Source: Candidatus Brocadia sp. (lineage in GTDB: Bacteria; Planctomycetota; Brocadiia; Brocadiales; Brocadiaceae). From it: 32,000 bases of DNA. This document shows positions 1 through 9,158 of this stretch, piece by piece (position 1 is the stretch's first letter; the number at the start of each line of letters is the position of its first letter). Location: contig CP091279.1 of NCBI GenBank assembly GCA_021650915.1, forward strand, positions 2,550,001 through 2,582,000, in the 5' to 3' direction. The translations under genes were made by a program, and so were the position numbers. Under the pieces are notes generated by a model, which did no database searches, had not been told where the DNA came from, and was given only the letters and a program-made list of their open reading frames with translations.

Positions 1-423
1 TTTGCGGCTACGCCAAATACTTGTATAATAATTTTATGACCCATGAGGGACACGAAAAAACGCAGTAACCTTGGACAGTCTTCACGGCATTGAAACAATG
101 CCCACCCAACAAATCCGATGGTCCGAGCGTATGCGCCAATACCATTACTTTGGCATTACTCTGCCCTTCTACTAAACCACTACGGGATAATCACACAACT
201 GGAGTACGCAACGGCACCGTTTTCTTTCAGAACGAATATTTTTGTTAAAGAAATAATTGTTGTAATGCGTCCCTTTCCCAGGTACGTCCGATAAATCAAT
301 ACAAAATTGTTGACTATGCCGAGAGTTTCTTTGTATATTCAATATAATTCGTAGTATTTTTTGTAAAAGCGCAACAATTATTATCCTTTTGATCTATCGG
401 GTTATTCGTAAGGAGGTTTTAGT

Positions 424-1227
424 ATGTCTAAATTGAGATTTTTATCGTTACTTATTATCGTAATGCTTCTCGTCAGTTGCTCAACGGTGCCAATTACGGG
501 AAGAAAGCAAATTTCCTTTATACCACAGAGCCAGCTTATTGGTTCCAGTATTGATGCGTATAACCAGCTATTATCCCAATCGAAGCTTTCTTCTGACCCA
601 ACAAAAAAACAGATGGTGGTCGACGTTGGAACCAAAATAGCAGCAGCAGCAGAAGGGTATATGCGTGAAAATGGAATGGAAAAAGAACTTGAAGCGTATC
701 ATTGGGAATTCAACCTCATTGAAGATGATAAAACGGTAAATGCCTTCTGCATGCCGGGGGGCAAGATTGCCGTTTATACCGGAATACTTCCCATTACTCA
801 AGACGAGACTGGTCTGGCAGTTGTAATGGGCCATGAAGTGGCTCATGCGTTGGCGAATCACGGCGGTGAAAGGATGAGTCAGGCCTTGCTGGCACAACTG
901 GGAGCAACCTCACTGTCGGTAGCACTCAGCAGCCAACCCGCAATGACCAAAGAATTGTTAATGCAGGCTTATGGGGTAGGCGCAAATGTGGGAGTCCTGC
1001 TGCCATATAGTCGTCGCCAAGAACTGGAAGCTGATCATATTGGTCTTATCCTTATGGCAAAGGCTGATTATGACCCACGAACGGCTATTCCGTTCTGGCA
1101 AAGAATGGGGAATGTGGGGGGAGAAAGACCTCCCGAATTTTTGTCTACTCATCCAGCGCCAGAGAGAAGGGTCGAAGACATTCGAGATAAAATTCCCGAA
1201 GCGTTGAAATATTATAAAGGTCTTTGA
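424..1227 (+). CDS. M48-family zinc metallopeptidase, probable lipoprotein (LoiP/YcaL-like)
   Basis: 267-aa ORF with a strong SD (AAGGAGG, 410-416) 7 nt upstream of the ATG. N-terminal signal peptide with lipobox LLVSC. HEXXH zinc motif (GHEVAHAL) and a downstream ELEADH segment typical of peptidase M48. Confidence 0.85.
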   Translation: MSKLRFLSLLIIVMLLVSCSTVPITGRKQISFIPQSQLIGSSIDAYNQLLSQSKLSSDPTKKQMVVDVGTKIAAAAEGYMRENGMEKELEAYHWEFNLIEDDKTVNAFCMPGGKIAVYTGILPITQDETGLAVVMGHEVAHALANHGGERMSQALLAQLGATSLSVALSSQPAMTKELLMQAYGVGANVGVLLPYSRRQELEADHIGLILMAKADYDPRTAIPFWQRMGNVGGERPPEFLSTHPAPERRVEDIRDKIPEALKYYKGL

Positions 1228-1284
1228 CCAGTGGCACAATCAAGTCCTTACCATTAGTTGCCTGGGGCATTGAATAAAGACCCA

Positions 1285-2130
1285 TTAACCTTTCTGTGTA
1301 AATGTCCCTTCGCCGGTAAAAACCTCCGTTGCAGGACCCGTCATATAAACATTACCATCTGCTGCCCATTCCAGTTCCAGATCGCCTCCTGGTAAATGTG
1401 CAAGGACATTTCGCTCGGTCTTTTTGTTAAGAACACCCGCAACACATACCGCAGAGGCACCTGTTCCGCAGGCCATAGTTATTCCGGAGCCACGTTCCCA
1501 CGTCTTCATCGTGACCTCCTTCGGGTTATGGATTCGGACAAAGTGGACATTTATCCGTTCCGGGAATACCCGATGGCGCTCAATTTCCGGGCCGTACTTT
1601 GAAATATCAAGGCCATCAAGATCGTCAACAAAGACAACACAGTGGGGATTTCCCATGGAAACACAAGTAATCCGGAATGACACATTCTTATCAATAGGCA
1701 GGCTTTCATCAATTACCTTTGTTTCATTGCCAATCATAGGGATTTCAGATCGCATGAGTCCGGGCTTGCCCATGTTGACCCTTGCCTTAGACACCCGCCC
1801 GTTTTCGGTAAAAACCTGGACAGTCTTGATCCCCGCCAGGGTTTCCACAGTGAGCGGATTTTTTTGAGTAATTTTGTTGTCATACACATATTTCGCGACA
1901 CAACGGATACCATTTCCACACATCTGGGCCTCACTGCCATCGGCATTAAAGATACGCATCCGGCAATCGGCCACCGCAGAAGACAGGATAAGAATAAGGC
2001 CGTCAGACCCCACACCAAAATGTCGGTCACTGATAATCGGGGCGAGCTTTGCAGGTACACCAATCTCTTCTTCAAAACAATTAATATAAACATAGTCGTT
2101 GCCAATACCGTGCATTTTTGTGAATTTCAT
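1285..2130 (-). CDS. dapF: diaminopimelate epimerase
   Basis: 281-aa ORF. N-terminus MKFTKMHGIGNDYVYI, first catalytic Cys in a MCGNG context, GNPHCVVFV, second catalytic Cys in ACGTGASA. All are classic DapF signatures. Confidence 0.92.
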   Translation of the reverse strand: MKFTKMHGIGNDYVYINCFEEEIGVPAKLAPIISDRHFGVGSDGLILILSSAVADCRMRIFNADGSEAQMCGNGIRCVAKYVYDNKITQKNPLTVETLAGIKTVQVFTENGRVSKARVNMGKPGLMRSEIPMIGNETKVIDESLPIDKNVSFRITCVSMGNPHCVVFVDDLDGLDISKYGPEIERHRVFPERINVHFVRIHNPKEVTMKTWERGSGITMACGTGASAVCVAGVLNKKTERNVLAHLPGGDLELEWAADGNVYMTGPATEVFTGEGTFTQKG

Positions 2131-2341
2131 AAGAGCATTCCTTGTTTTTTGAAGTGCATTCTTTAATCTTTCCCCTCATTTGACATTCCGTACTTTACTG
2201 GTAATTTCAACCGATTCAAGTCAATGTTGTTCATGTTTTGTTATTACTTTTTAAGATACGATTCCCGTAAAACCACATGGATTTTCTCACGTTTTAACGA
2301 CGTGGGGATTTGCCTCCCCCCTTCATCTCCCTCATCAGTTT

Positions 2342-4378
2342 TTACAAACAGGCACTGTACCACTTTTTTACTGCTCTGAAACACATGATAATCGGAGAAA
2401 AAATTCCCGTGGCTTTTCTGGTAAACCTTGTGAGGAAAAATACCAATACGAGACCCATAATTATAGCGACAACTAACGGGTGGGCACCCAATAGCCAGAC
2501 AAACACCCTTATGAGGCCAGACAAAAATGCGATAGGGTGCGTGACAAAAGCAAACAGGAGTGAAGCGGCAAGGCCGTATTTGATAAACTTCGTACAGCTT
2601 GCAAATATTTTTGGCGGCATAAAGCGCATAACGAAAAGCCCTGCCTTTCCTTTTCTGGCCAGACTAAGCCCGTTATCGCCATACATGCCGACATACCGAA
2701 TGACGTCATCTCCGTGTTTCTTTGCAAGACTGATTACTTCATGTCCGTATTTTGCTATGGACTGAACACCGTTTGAGCCGTACTTGGAGACGTATGAAAT
2801 AACGTCATCACCGTAGAAGGCGGATAATTTTATGACCTCGTCACCATAGACCGAACTCAAAAGCACTACGTCTTTGCCATACTTTTGAATGACTCTGAGA
2901 CCATCATCCCCGTAGAGCATAAGGTATCGAACAACGTCATCTCCATATTGTTGTGCCAGAAAGACAGCGGTGTCACCATATTTTTCAATTGCTTTACCGG
3001 CATCACCACCATATTTGGAAACGTAACGAACAACCTCATCTCCATATTGCTGTGAGAGATGCATGATTTTCCCGTCTGTTGCCTTTATTGCCTTAATACC
3101 ATCATCTCCGTGTTTTGCCACAAACAGAACAACGTCGTCTCCATACGTTGCAACAAGGTCTTCCGTCAAATGCGCCAGTCCTTTGAAGCCCTTTGTAGTC
3201 TTGGCAAACCGTACCCCTTGTGCCACAAGCTTTGTTCCTTTGGAGATACCACCTCCGATGGGTATCAGCCCTAGAATATCCAGACCTGCAAACAGCTTGT
3301 CCGACAAGGCAATCTCTTCCTGCCGGATCCATTTCCGATTGACCCTTTCGACATCGGAAATAAAGAAATTTCGTAATTTATTCGAAATAATGGTAACAGC
3401 CTCTTCCCTGACATTGTTGATATCAAGAATTTCAAATCTGTCCATGAAATCATTTCCTAACTCACAAATAAGGTTGATAGCCTTCCTGGCATTTTCACGC
3501 CGTCCGGAAGCATCGCTTCCGGTGTTTGTAGCAGAGGTTTCTGTGCCATACCACCAGGATGATATCCATTCATAGGCGCTAGTTGTTTTCAGATAGCCAT
3601 AGAAATGACTGCTAAAATCTTTATTATCATAGAAGAGATAAATAATTGGGATCGTTTGCTTATGTCCGTATGTTTTTATGACATGATAAAAGGTCTTGTC
3701 ATCAATGAAAAGACTGAACAAGGTCTTTGCCTTTTCACCATACTCTTTTATAGCCAGCAGGCCATCGTCCTGGAATTTTATGACAATGCTTAATACCTCC
3801 TTGTCGTAAAGCTTTGCGAAACCAATTCCATGCTTTCGTGCTAAGGGGAAGACAATATCTCCCTTTTCATTAGCTAAATTGATTAAGTCCATCCCCCTAT
3901 CTTTGTCTTCGCTTATAAGAAAAAAGTTTTCAGGGTCATTGGCAATACATTTCATTCCCTCATTCCCAAAAGTCCTGTAAAATTCTACACGAGCCTTGGG
4001 CGAGAAGATATTATCAATAGGTATATTATTATCAGCGTTGTTGTAGAGAAGAAAGATGTCACGGCAGTCGAGGAGTGGATATACGCTGGCTATTTCTTTG
4101 CCGTATTTTTCGAGCAATACAAGTCCTGCAATTTTATACTCTTTCAAAAACTCAAGGACAAAGGTGCCATACTGCTGACAGAGGCGCTCCGCATTATTCC
4201 CGAATTGATCAAACACGTCTTTATGCGTTGCGTAAATAGACTCGCCAAGGCTCCTTTGGACATTTAAAACTGCGCTTGGAATATCTTCTCGGGACTGAGA
4301 CCCCACATTCTGTGAGGATACAATGGGTAAGCTGATGACGAAGAGGAAAGGAAAAAGCACGAATATCTTTTTGTTCAT
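2342..4378 (-). CDS. secreted, C-terminally membrane-anchored protein of unknown function with about 15 tandem 11-residue YGDD-type repeats
   Basis: 678-aa ORF. Signal peptide (MNKKIFVLFPFLFVISLPIVSSQ). Residues about 411-575 (nt 2654-3148) are back-to-back units such as YGDEVVRYVSK, YGDDGLRVIQK and YGDDVISYVSK. Degenerate copies (KYGKEIASVY, KEYGEKAKTLF, KTYGHKQ) occur in the N-terminal half. The last about 100 aa contain 2-3 hydrophobic helices. Confidence 0.7.
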   Translation of the reverse strand: MNKKIFVLFPFLFVISLPIVSSQNVGSQSREDIPSAVLNVQRSLGESIYATHKDVFDQFGNNAERLCQQYGTFVLEFLKEYKIAGLVLLEKYGKEIASVYPLLDCRDIFLLYNNADNNIPIDNIFSPKARVEFYRTFGNEGMKCIANDPENFFLISEDKDRGMDLINLANEKGDIVFPLARKHGIGFAKLYDKEVLSIVIKFQDDGLLAIKEYGEKAKTLFSLFIDDKTFYHVIKTYGHKQTIPIIYLFYDNKDFSSHFYGYLKTTSAYEWISSWWYGTETSATNTGSDASGRRENARKAINLICELGNDFMDRFEILDINNVREEAVTIISNKLRNFFISDVERVNRKWIRQEEIALSDKLFAGLDILGLIPIGGGISKGTKLVAQGVRFAKTTKGFKGLAHLTEDLVATYGDDVVLFVAKHGDDGIKAIKATDGKIMHLSQQYGDEVVRYVSKYGGDAGKAIEKYGDTAVFLAQQYGDDVVRYLMLYGDDGLRVIQKYGKDVVLLSSVYGDEVIKLSAFYGDDVISYVSKYGSNGVQSIAKYGHEVISLAKKHGDDVIRYVGMYGDNGLSLARKGKAGLFVMRFMPPKIFASCTKFIKYGLAASLLFAFVTHPIAFLSGLIRVFVWLLGAHPLVVAIIMGLVLVFFLTRFTRKATGIFSPIIMCFRAVKKWYSACL

Positions 4379-4557
4379 GAACGATATTGAAATAGTTCAA
4401 CAAAAGGGCTTCTAGCGAAGAAGTTTAACACACGGAACAGGTGAATGCAAGCATCATACGACAAAGAAGCATTTGGCATGATGTGCCTGAATGCAAACGG
4501 ATATTGACTTTAATAGTTCATTACGTGATAATAATTTTCATTTGCAAGCCGTGAAAG

Positions 4558-5487
4558 GTGGAGGCTATGGGAAGTAATGAAGAATTCCATGTCGTGACAG
4601 GGGCGTTTGGTTATACGGGTAAATATATAGCACAAAAACTCCTGTCTCTGGGAAAAAAGGTCCGCACGATTACGGGGCATCCGAACCGTCTAAACCCTTT
4701 TGGAGACAAGATAGGTATTTCCCCATTCAGTTTTGACAATCCGGCTGAATTGGTTAAAAGTTTGCGGGGAGCAATAACCCTTTACAATACTTATTGGGTG
4801 CGCTTTTCCTACAAACACGTTACTTTTGACAAGGCTGTTGAAAACACAAAGGTACTGATTAGGGCGGCAGAAGAGGCCGGCGTCCGAAAGATTGTTCACA
4901 TTAGCATCACGAATGCCTCTGAGTCATCGCCTTTTCCCTATTTCAGAGGAAAGGGCGTCCTGGAAAAGGCCGTTTGTCAGTCAGGTATGTCCTACGCCAT
5001 CATCCGTCCCACCGTTCTCTTTGGGCACGAGGATATTCTTATTAACAACATTGCCTGGCTCTTACGGAGGTTTCCCTTCTTTGCCATTCTTGGTTCCGGT
5101 GCTTATCAACTGCAACCCGTCTTTGTCGAAGATGTGGCCGAACTCGCTGTACAAGCTGGTCAATACGAAGAGAATATTCTTCTGGATGCCGTTGGTCCGG
5201 AAATTTATGCATTTCGTGAAATGGTTCAACTCATTGCAGAAAAAGTCCGTAGCAAGGCGAAAATAATTTATCTCAGGCCGGAATTAACGCTTCTCTTTTC
5301 AAGATTGATCGGCTATGTTGTCAATGATGTGATATTAACCCGGGATGAAGGCTACGGGCTAATGTCGAATCTCCTGATTTCCGGAAATCCTCCAACCGGA
5401 AGGACACGACTCAGCGCTTGGTTGACTGATCATGAAGAGGATATTGGGATTAAATATGCCTCTGAATTGGGACGACACTATCATTAG
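4558..5487 (+). CDS. NAD(P)H-binding SDR-family oxidoreductase (atypical SDR, NmrA/NDUFA9-like)
   Basis: 309-aa ORF from GTG 4558; ATG at 4567 is an alternative start. Rossmann motif VVTGAFGYTGKYIA near the N-terminus. The rest resembles the epimerase/dehydratase-like fold (ISITNAS, YFRGKG, IIRPTVLFG). Confidence 0.8.
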   Translation: MEAMGSNEEFHVVTGAFGYTGKYIAQKLLSLGKKVRTITGHPNRLNPFGDKIGISPFSFDNPAELVKSLRGAITLYNTYWVRFSYKHVTFDKAVENTKVLIRAAEEAGVRKIVHISITNASESSPFPYFRGKGVLEKAVCQSGMSYAIIRPTVLFGHEDILINNIAWLLRRFPFFAILGSGAYQLQPVFVEDVAELAVQAGQYEENILLDAVGPEIYAFREMVQLIAEKVRSKAKIIYLRPELTLLFSRLIGYVVNDVILTRDEGYGLMSNLLISGNPPTGRTRLSAWLTDHEEDIGIKYASELGRHYH

Positions 5488-5544
5488 TCTCTGGTAGTAA
5501 TGACGGCAAAAGAATTTCTCACTACAACGGCTTTCGGATATGCC

Positions 5545-6947
5545 AAATATTTAGTAGCGTTGTCAAGTGGAGACCTGAGAAAAGTCCTCCAATGTATAGT
5601 TGTCACGCATCAAAGCCGTTGTAGTAATAGGCAAGCCGAATTTTGGTAACGTTCAGCGCCCCAGCAACACTCCATTTGCTCACATTCACCCGCAGGTTAA
5701 CCGTACGCATGACGCGCTCTACTTTACTTGTCGTTCTGCCATTGAGCCTCTTTTCTATCGCCGTAAACATATCAGGCCTGGCATTCTCAAGATAGGATGC
5801 GGTATGAGCATATCCCTTCGACAAACAATGCTGAATCACCGCATCCAATCGTTTCCTCTTGGACTCTATCATTTTCTCGATGGTCTTCTGACAATCAACC
5901 AATGGCCGTATCGCACAGACCTCCATAAGCTCCGACATCACCTCCAGCCATTCTTTCCCCTTGCTCTTGACCCCATCTTGCCACAATACATACTTTGCCT
6001 GATACGGAATATGCCACAAACATCTCTGTACAAGCACCTTGATCTTACCTTTCAAACTATCCAAAATAGAGGTGTCTCCATCGGTTATCAAAAGAAACCG
6101 GGAAAACTTCCTGAACACCTTAACACTCTTACCAAAAAGCGTATCCCAACTACCGTTGTAATCCCCTATGTCAAGCCCTGCCACTCTCACCCCTCCACCG
6201 CTCTTGTATTGCACAAAGACCTTGAGTTCCTTGCCTCGTTTGGCTATCCCCTTAATCCCTACCCCTGTCCCGTCTGCTTCTCCCAGGGGAAGTCCCTTCT
6301 CGTCGAGTTGAAAATCTATCTCTGCTGCCGTCTTTTGTACCGATTTCCATATCGTCATCTTGTCTACTGTCCAGCCAAACATCGACACGATCTTCTTCGC
6401 TACCCGGTAGGTCGTTAACGATCCTACCAGCCCAAGCTTCCGATACGTCTCCGGTGGTATTCGCTTCATCCGCTCCATCCCCAGAAGCTTTCGCGTTATA
6501 TACATCTTATGACCGCACCTCTTGCACTGCACCTGCAACTGCTCTAATCTCAACCACTGAAAGACCGTCAGTATCTTCGTCTCTTTTCCATGCCTCGTCT
6601 TCCAGATAAACTCCTTGTCATTCCCACATTCGTCGCAGCAAAATGGCTTCCGTGATTGCGCCATCGCACTCTCACCAAAACCAACCACGATCTTCTGAAT
6701 AAAATCCCTTAATATCTCCGGCAGTATCTTGCAAAATGCCTTGAGAATCGACTCCAGGCTGCCGTCCTTTAATTCAACCCGAATTTGACAACCAAATTCT
6801 ATTGTGATACCATCTGTGCATGGGGTTGCTCCCATATAGCCCTCCTTCTCTTTATGGTTTAGTTTCTTGTATCAAAACTATTTTTTACCATATTTGGAGG
6901 GCTTTTTCTTTAACCAAGTCTCTCTTTTTCTACTCTACCAAATATTT
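5545..6947 (-). mobile_element. insertion sequence of about 1.4 kb with long imperfect terminal inverted repeats
   Basis: The left end 5545-5596 (AAATATTTAGTAGCG...GGAGACCTGAGAAAAGTCCTCCAATGTAT) aligns with the reverse complement of the right end 6887-6947 (AAATATTTGGTAGAG...GAGAGACTTGG..AGAAAAAGCCCTCCAAATAT). The repeats bracket a single transposase ORF. The element lies in the spacer between two convergent housekeeping genes. No clear target-site duplication is visible. Confidence 0.6.
5603..6835 (-). CDS. DDE transposase (ISLre2 / ISKra4 / UPF0236-like)
   Basis: 410-aa ORF. Zinc-ribbon-like CCDECG...CKRCGH N-terminal region. Candidate catalytic acidic residues lie in EADGTGV, LITDGDT and SKVERVMRTVNLR contexts. 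The architecture matches single-ORF IS transposases of this group. The family assignment is from memory, not from a search. Confidence 0.75.
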   Translation of the reverse strand: MGATPCTDGITIEFGCQIRVELKDGSLESILKAFCKILPEILRDFIQKIVVGFGESAMAQSRKPFCCDECGNDKEFIWKTRHGKETKILTVFQWLRLEQLQVQCKRCGHKMYITRKLLGMERMKRIPPETYRKLGLVGSLTTYRVAKKIVSMFGWTVDKMTIWKSVQKTAAEIDFQLDEKGLPLGEADGTGVGIKGIAKRGKELKVFVQYKSGGGVRVAGLDIGDYNGSWDTLFGKSVKVFRKFSRFLLITDGDTSILDSLKGKIKVLVQRCLWHIPYQAKYVLWQDGVKSKGKEWLEVMSELMEVCAIRPLVDCQKTIEKMIESKRKRLDAVIQHCLSKGYAHTASYLENARPDMFTAIEKRLNGRTTSKVERVMRTVNLRVNVSKWSVAGALNVTKIRLAYYYNGFDA

Positions 6948-7067
6948 ATCTCTCTTTTATTGCGGCATCCATTTCTTCTGTGGCAACGGAGACAACTCTG
7001 TCTAAGACATTAGGGGAATGAGGGAAGGGGAAGAAGTATTCTTCTTTTAGGCGTACAACACGACAGT

Positions 7068-8558
7068 TCAGAAAAACAACGTTCCGTTAAATTGCAATTG
7101 TTTATCGACTTTCGTTTTTAACTCCTCTTCATCCAGGGCAAAGCCGGGACTGATCTCAATTGTACCAATTACATTGCCCTGCGAATCGGTGGGGATGGAA
7201 ACACCAATATTCCGTAACCATCGTCCAAACTGATTAATCATATCTTGTCTTGAGGTCGCTGGCGAATTTTCCCCTTCCATATTTTTTACGGGTGAAAACT
7301 CGTCTTCACGCGGCACCTCCATAATCACGCTTTTTTTAACGTATCTCAATATATCAAAAATAAAACTTTCGAATTTAATTGCATTGTTTTGCTTAGGATC
7401 GATCACACTGCCATCTTCACCTAAATATGGTACCTTTTTTATTGCAGCATGATACGGGAGAGACTCTCCTTCCTGGTATACCTTTTCAAGGAAATTGATA
7501 TTTATCATGTGTACTGCAATGTTTCCGGCATGATATTTCAGCGCGCCGTCTTCGTTTTTTGCGTACATATCTTTACGGCTGAGTTCGCTGTATTCAATCA
7601 TGTGTAAATTTCCATTGATATAGACTACAATTCCCACCTTTTCTTCGGCGTGGCATTTTTTGACGACTTTTAACGATATCTCAGCTTCGTCTCGTAAATG
7701 GTATCCAACGAAAACAGGGTCCGCAATCTTTATTAGAACATTGTCAACCTGATGATAGAAGATATTTTTAATGCCGCGGCGCTTCATGTCGTTAAGAACG
7801 CCTTTTTCCTTAAGGGCAACAAGTACCCCACCGTGTCCGTTGGGACTCATAATGATATTTGATTTTAAATCCATCATGACATTTCCCTGCAGGTCAACAA
7901 CAGGAAACATGTCTTGTGTAAAAAAGAACACCTGCTGTGGGTTCAATCCAAAAAATTGACGCTCTTTGAAAAAATTTTGTGTCGCGGCGTCATTATTTTT
8001 ACTGGTCATGATGTACCACGGGATTCTGATATTGTACCTTTTTTGGCCGGCAATTATTTTTTCTGCGTGGAGTTGAAAAATACTCTTTTGGGTAATTGGT
8101 GTGATGGAGAATGTGCCCTTCGGCACACTGATTCCCATCCTTGTTCCGTCTCCACCAGCAACCGTAAGGATGGCAACTTCTCCTTTTTGTAAGGAACTTT
8201 CACCAATAAGCTTCACCCTCTGTGCCATTTCCTTTTCAGCATCATTTTTTTGGAATGCTATAACATGGGGGGGAGTTAAGTTCTCTTGGGATGTTTGTGC
8301 TGGTCTCAATACTGCGCTATTAAAAAGCTTCTTTATAAGACAGAAATCAATCGTTGCTATCTGATCTAAAAGATTCTTTTTTTCTGAGGGAGTTAATTCA
8401 CTCCACCACCTAAAGATATGAGACTGGCCAGCATCAAAGACCTTTTCAATATGGCGAACAAAGGCCGGGTATTCCTTTTCCAATAGTTCTCTTGTTAAGA
8501 TTTTGTTATTTGCCGGATAATCTATAAATGGCAAATGAGTATGTTTCATAAATACCAT
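7068..8558 (-). CDS. UDPGP type-1 family nucleotide-sugar pyrophosphorylase (UDP-N-acetylhexosamine / UTP-sugar-1-phosphate uridylyltransferase, UAP1-like)
   Basis: 496-aa ORF. Glycine-rich nucleotide loop LTVAGGDGTRMG, then PKG...I, MSPNGHGG, YHQVDN and an EKVG segment characteristic of the PF01704-type (eukaryote-like) pyrophosphorylases. Confidence 0.8.
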   Translation of the reverse strand: MVFMKHTHLPFIDYPANNKILTRELLEKEYPAFVRHIEKVFDAGQSHIFRWWSELTPSEKKNLLDQIATIDFCLIKKLFNSAVLRPAQTSQENLTPPHVIAFQKNDAEKEMAQRVKLIGESSLQKGEVAILTVAGGDGTRMGISVPKGTFSITPITQKSIFQLHAEKIIAGQKRYNIRIPWYIMTSKNNDAATQNFFKERQFFGLNPQQVFFFTQDMFPVVDLQGNVMMDLKSNIIMSPNGHGGVLVALKEKGVLNDMKRRGIKNIFYHQVDNVLIKIADPVFVGYHLRDEAEISLKVVKKCHAEEKVGIVVYINGNLHMIEYSELSRKDMYAKNEDGALKYHAGNIAVHMININFLEKVYQEGESLPYHAAIKKVPYLGEDGSVIDPKQNNAIKFESFIFDILRYVKKSVIMEVPREDEFSPVKNMEGENSPATSRQDMINQFGRWLRNIGVSIPTDSQGNVIGTIEISPGFALDEEELKTKVDKQLQFNGTLFF

Positions 8559-9158
8559 TTTTCCTCATCTGTCTAAAAACAAACGAACTCTTTTAGGTAG
8601 ATTTTATAGAAATAGCTGCAATAGGATTTTACATTCCTATCGAGATTGGCTTTTTTTCCAACTGTGGTGCCTAGCTTTTGTTATCAGTAACTTTTTCAGT
8701 TTGCCAAGGTATAAATATCCAATTTTTGTGAACTGTCAACAATATCTCCTGTATGCATCTCTCGCCATTATATGGCTTAAAATCCTGTTGTCGTAACTAA
8801 AACTATCGGTAAAAAGGATAAAAATTTCATCATAAATTATTTGTGTGCTGCTGTCGGAAATGCGTTTGCTATAGACACGGTTCTAAGACATACATGGATG
8901 AACATATTTGAATAGTTTCAGGAAAGCCGGGATACGGGTTCGTTCCATTATTATAAGAACAGAAAAATAAATACGCAATTTTTCAAACTTTTTACAAGCG
9001 AAACCCTCACGGGGTGCATGTGTATAAACTTTTTTATTATAAAGAATTTCTTCCGAACGGCAAGAAATTTTCCATTCAGTTTATTTAAATTTAAACTTGA
9101 AATAGCCTTATGAGAACAGTACTCTTAGGCATTATCTATTTACGGAAAAGGGAATGGC

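Noticed and set aside
1-423. ORF-free 420 bp at the window start, examined for an ncRNA, an IS end or a truncated gene
   Set aside because: All six frames are closed within about 45 codons, there is no strong secondary structure or known RNA motif, and the similarity to the IS end is limited to GCCAAATA. I treat it as the promoter/leader region of the M48 peptidase gene.
2654-3148. 33-nt periodicity that could suggest a CRISPR array or satellite
   Set aside because: There is no alternation of conserved repeat and unique spacer. The periodicity is at the amino-acid level (YGDD units) inside one long ORF.
2310-3575. + strand ORFs (2310-2765, 3063-3575) opposite the repeat-protein gene
   Set aside because: They are produced by the 33-nt periodic repeat being open on both strands. 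The - strand frame has a signal peptide, coherent repeats and TM helices, whereas the + frames are Ser/Pro-rich noise.
4470-4495. Sigma54-like TGGCAT-N4-TGCCT upstream of the SDR gene
   Set aside because: The spacing and the -12 element do not fit TGGCAC-N5-TTGC, and there is no nearby enhancer-binding-protein gene.
5600-6418. 272-aa ORF on the + strand overlapping the transposase gene
   Set aside because: It is fully antisense to a well-supported transposase CDS. It has low-complexity, Pro/Leu/His-rich composition, no SD and no recognisable motifs. It is a shadow ORF.
8559-9158. 600-bp AT-rich divergent intergenic region, including the hairpin AGAATTTCTT-N9-AAGAAATTTT at about 9041-9071
   Set aside because: There are no repeats, no ORF of 60 aa or more, and no recognisable RNA motif. 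It is most simply a pair of divergent promoter regions. Its unusual length is noted but unsupported as anything more.
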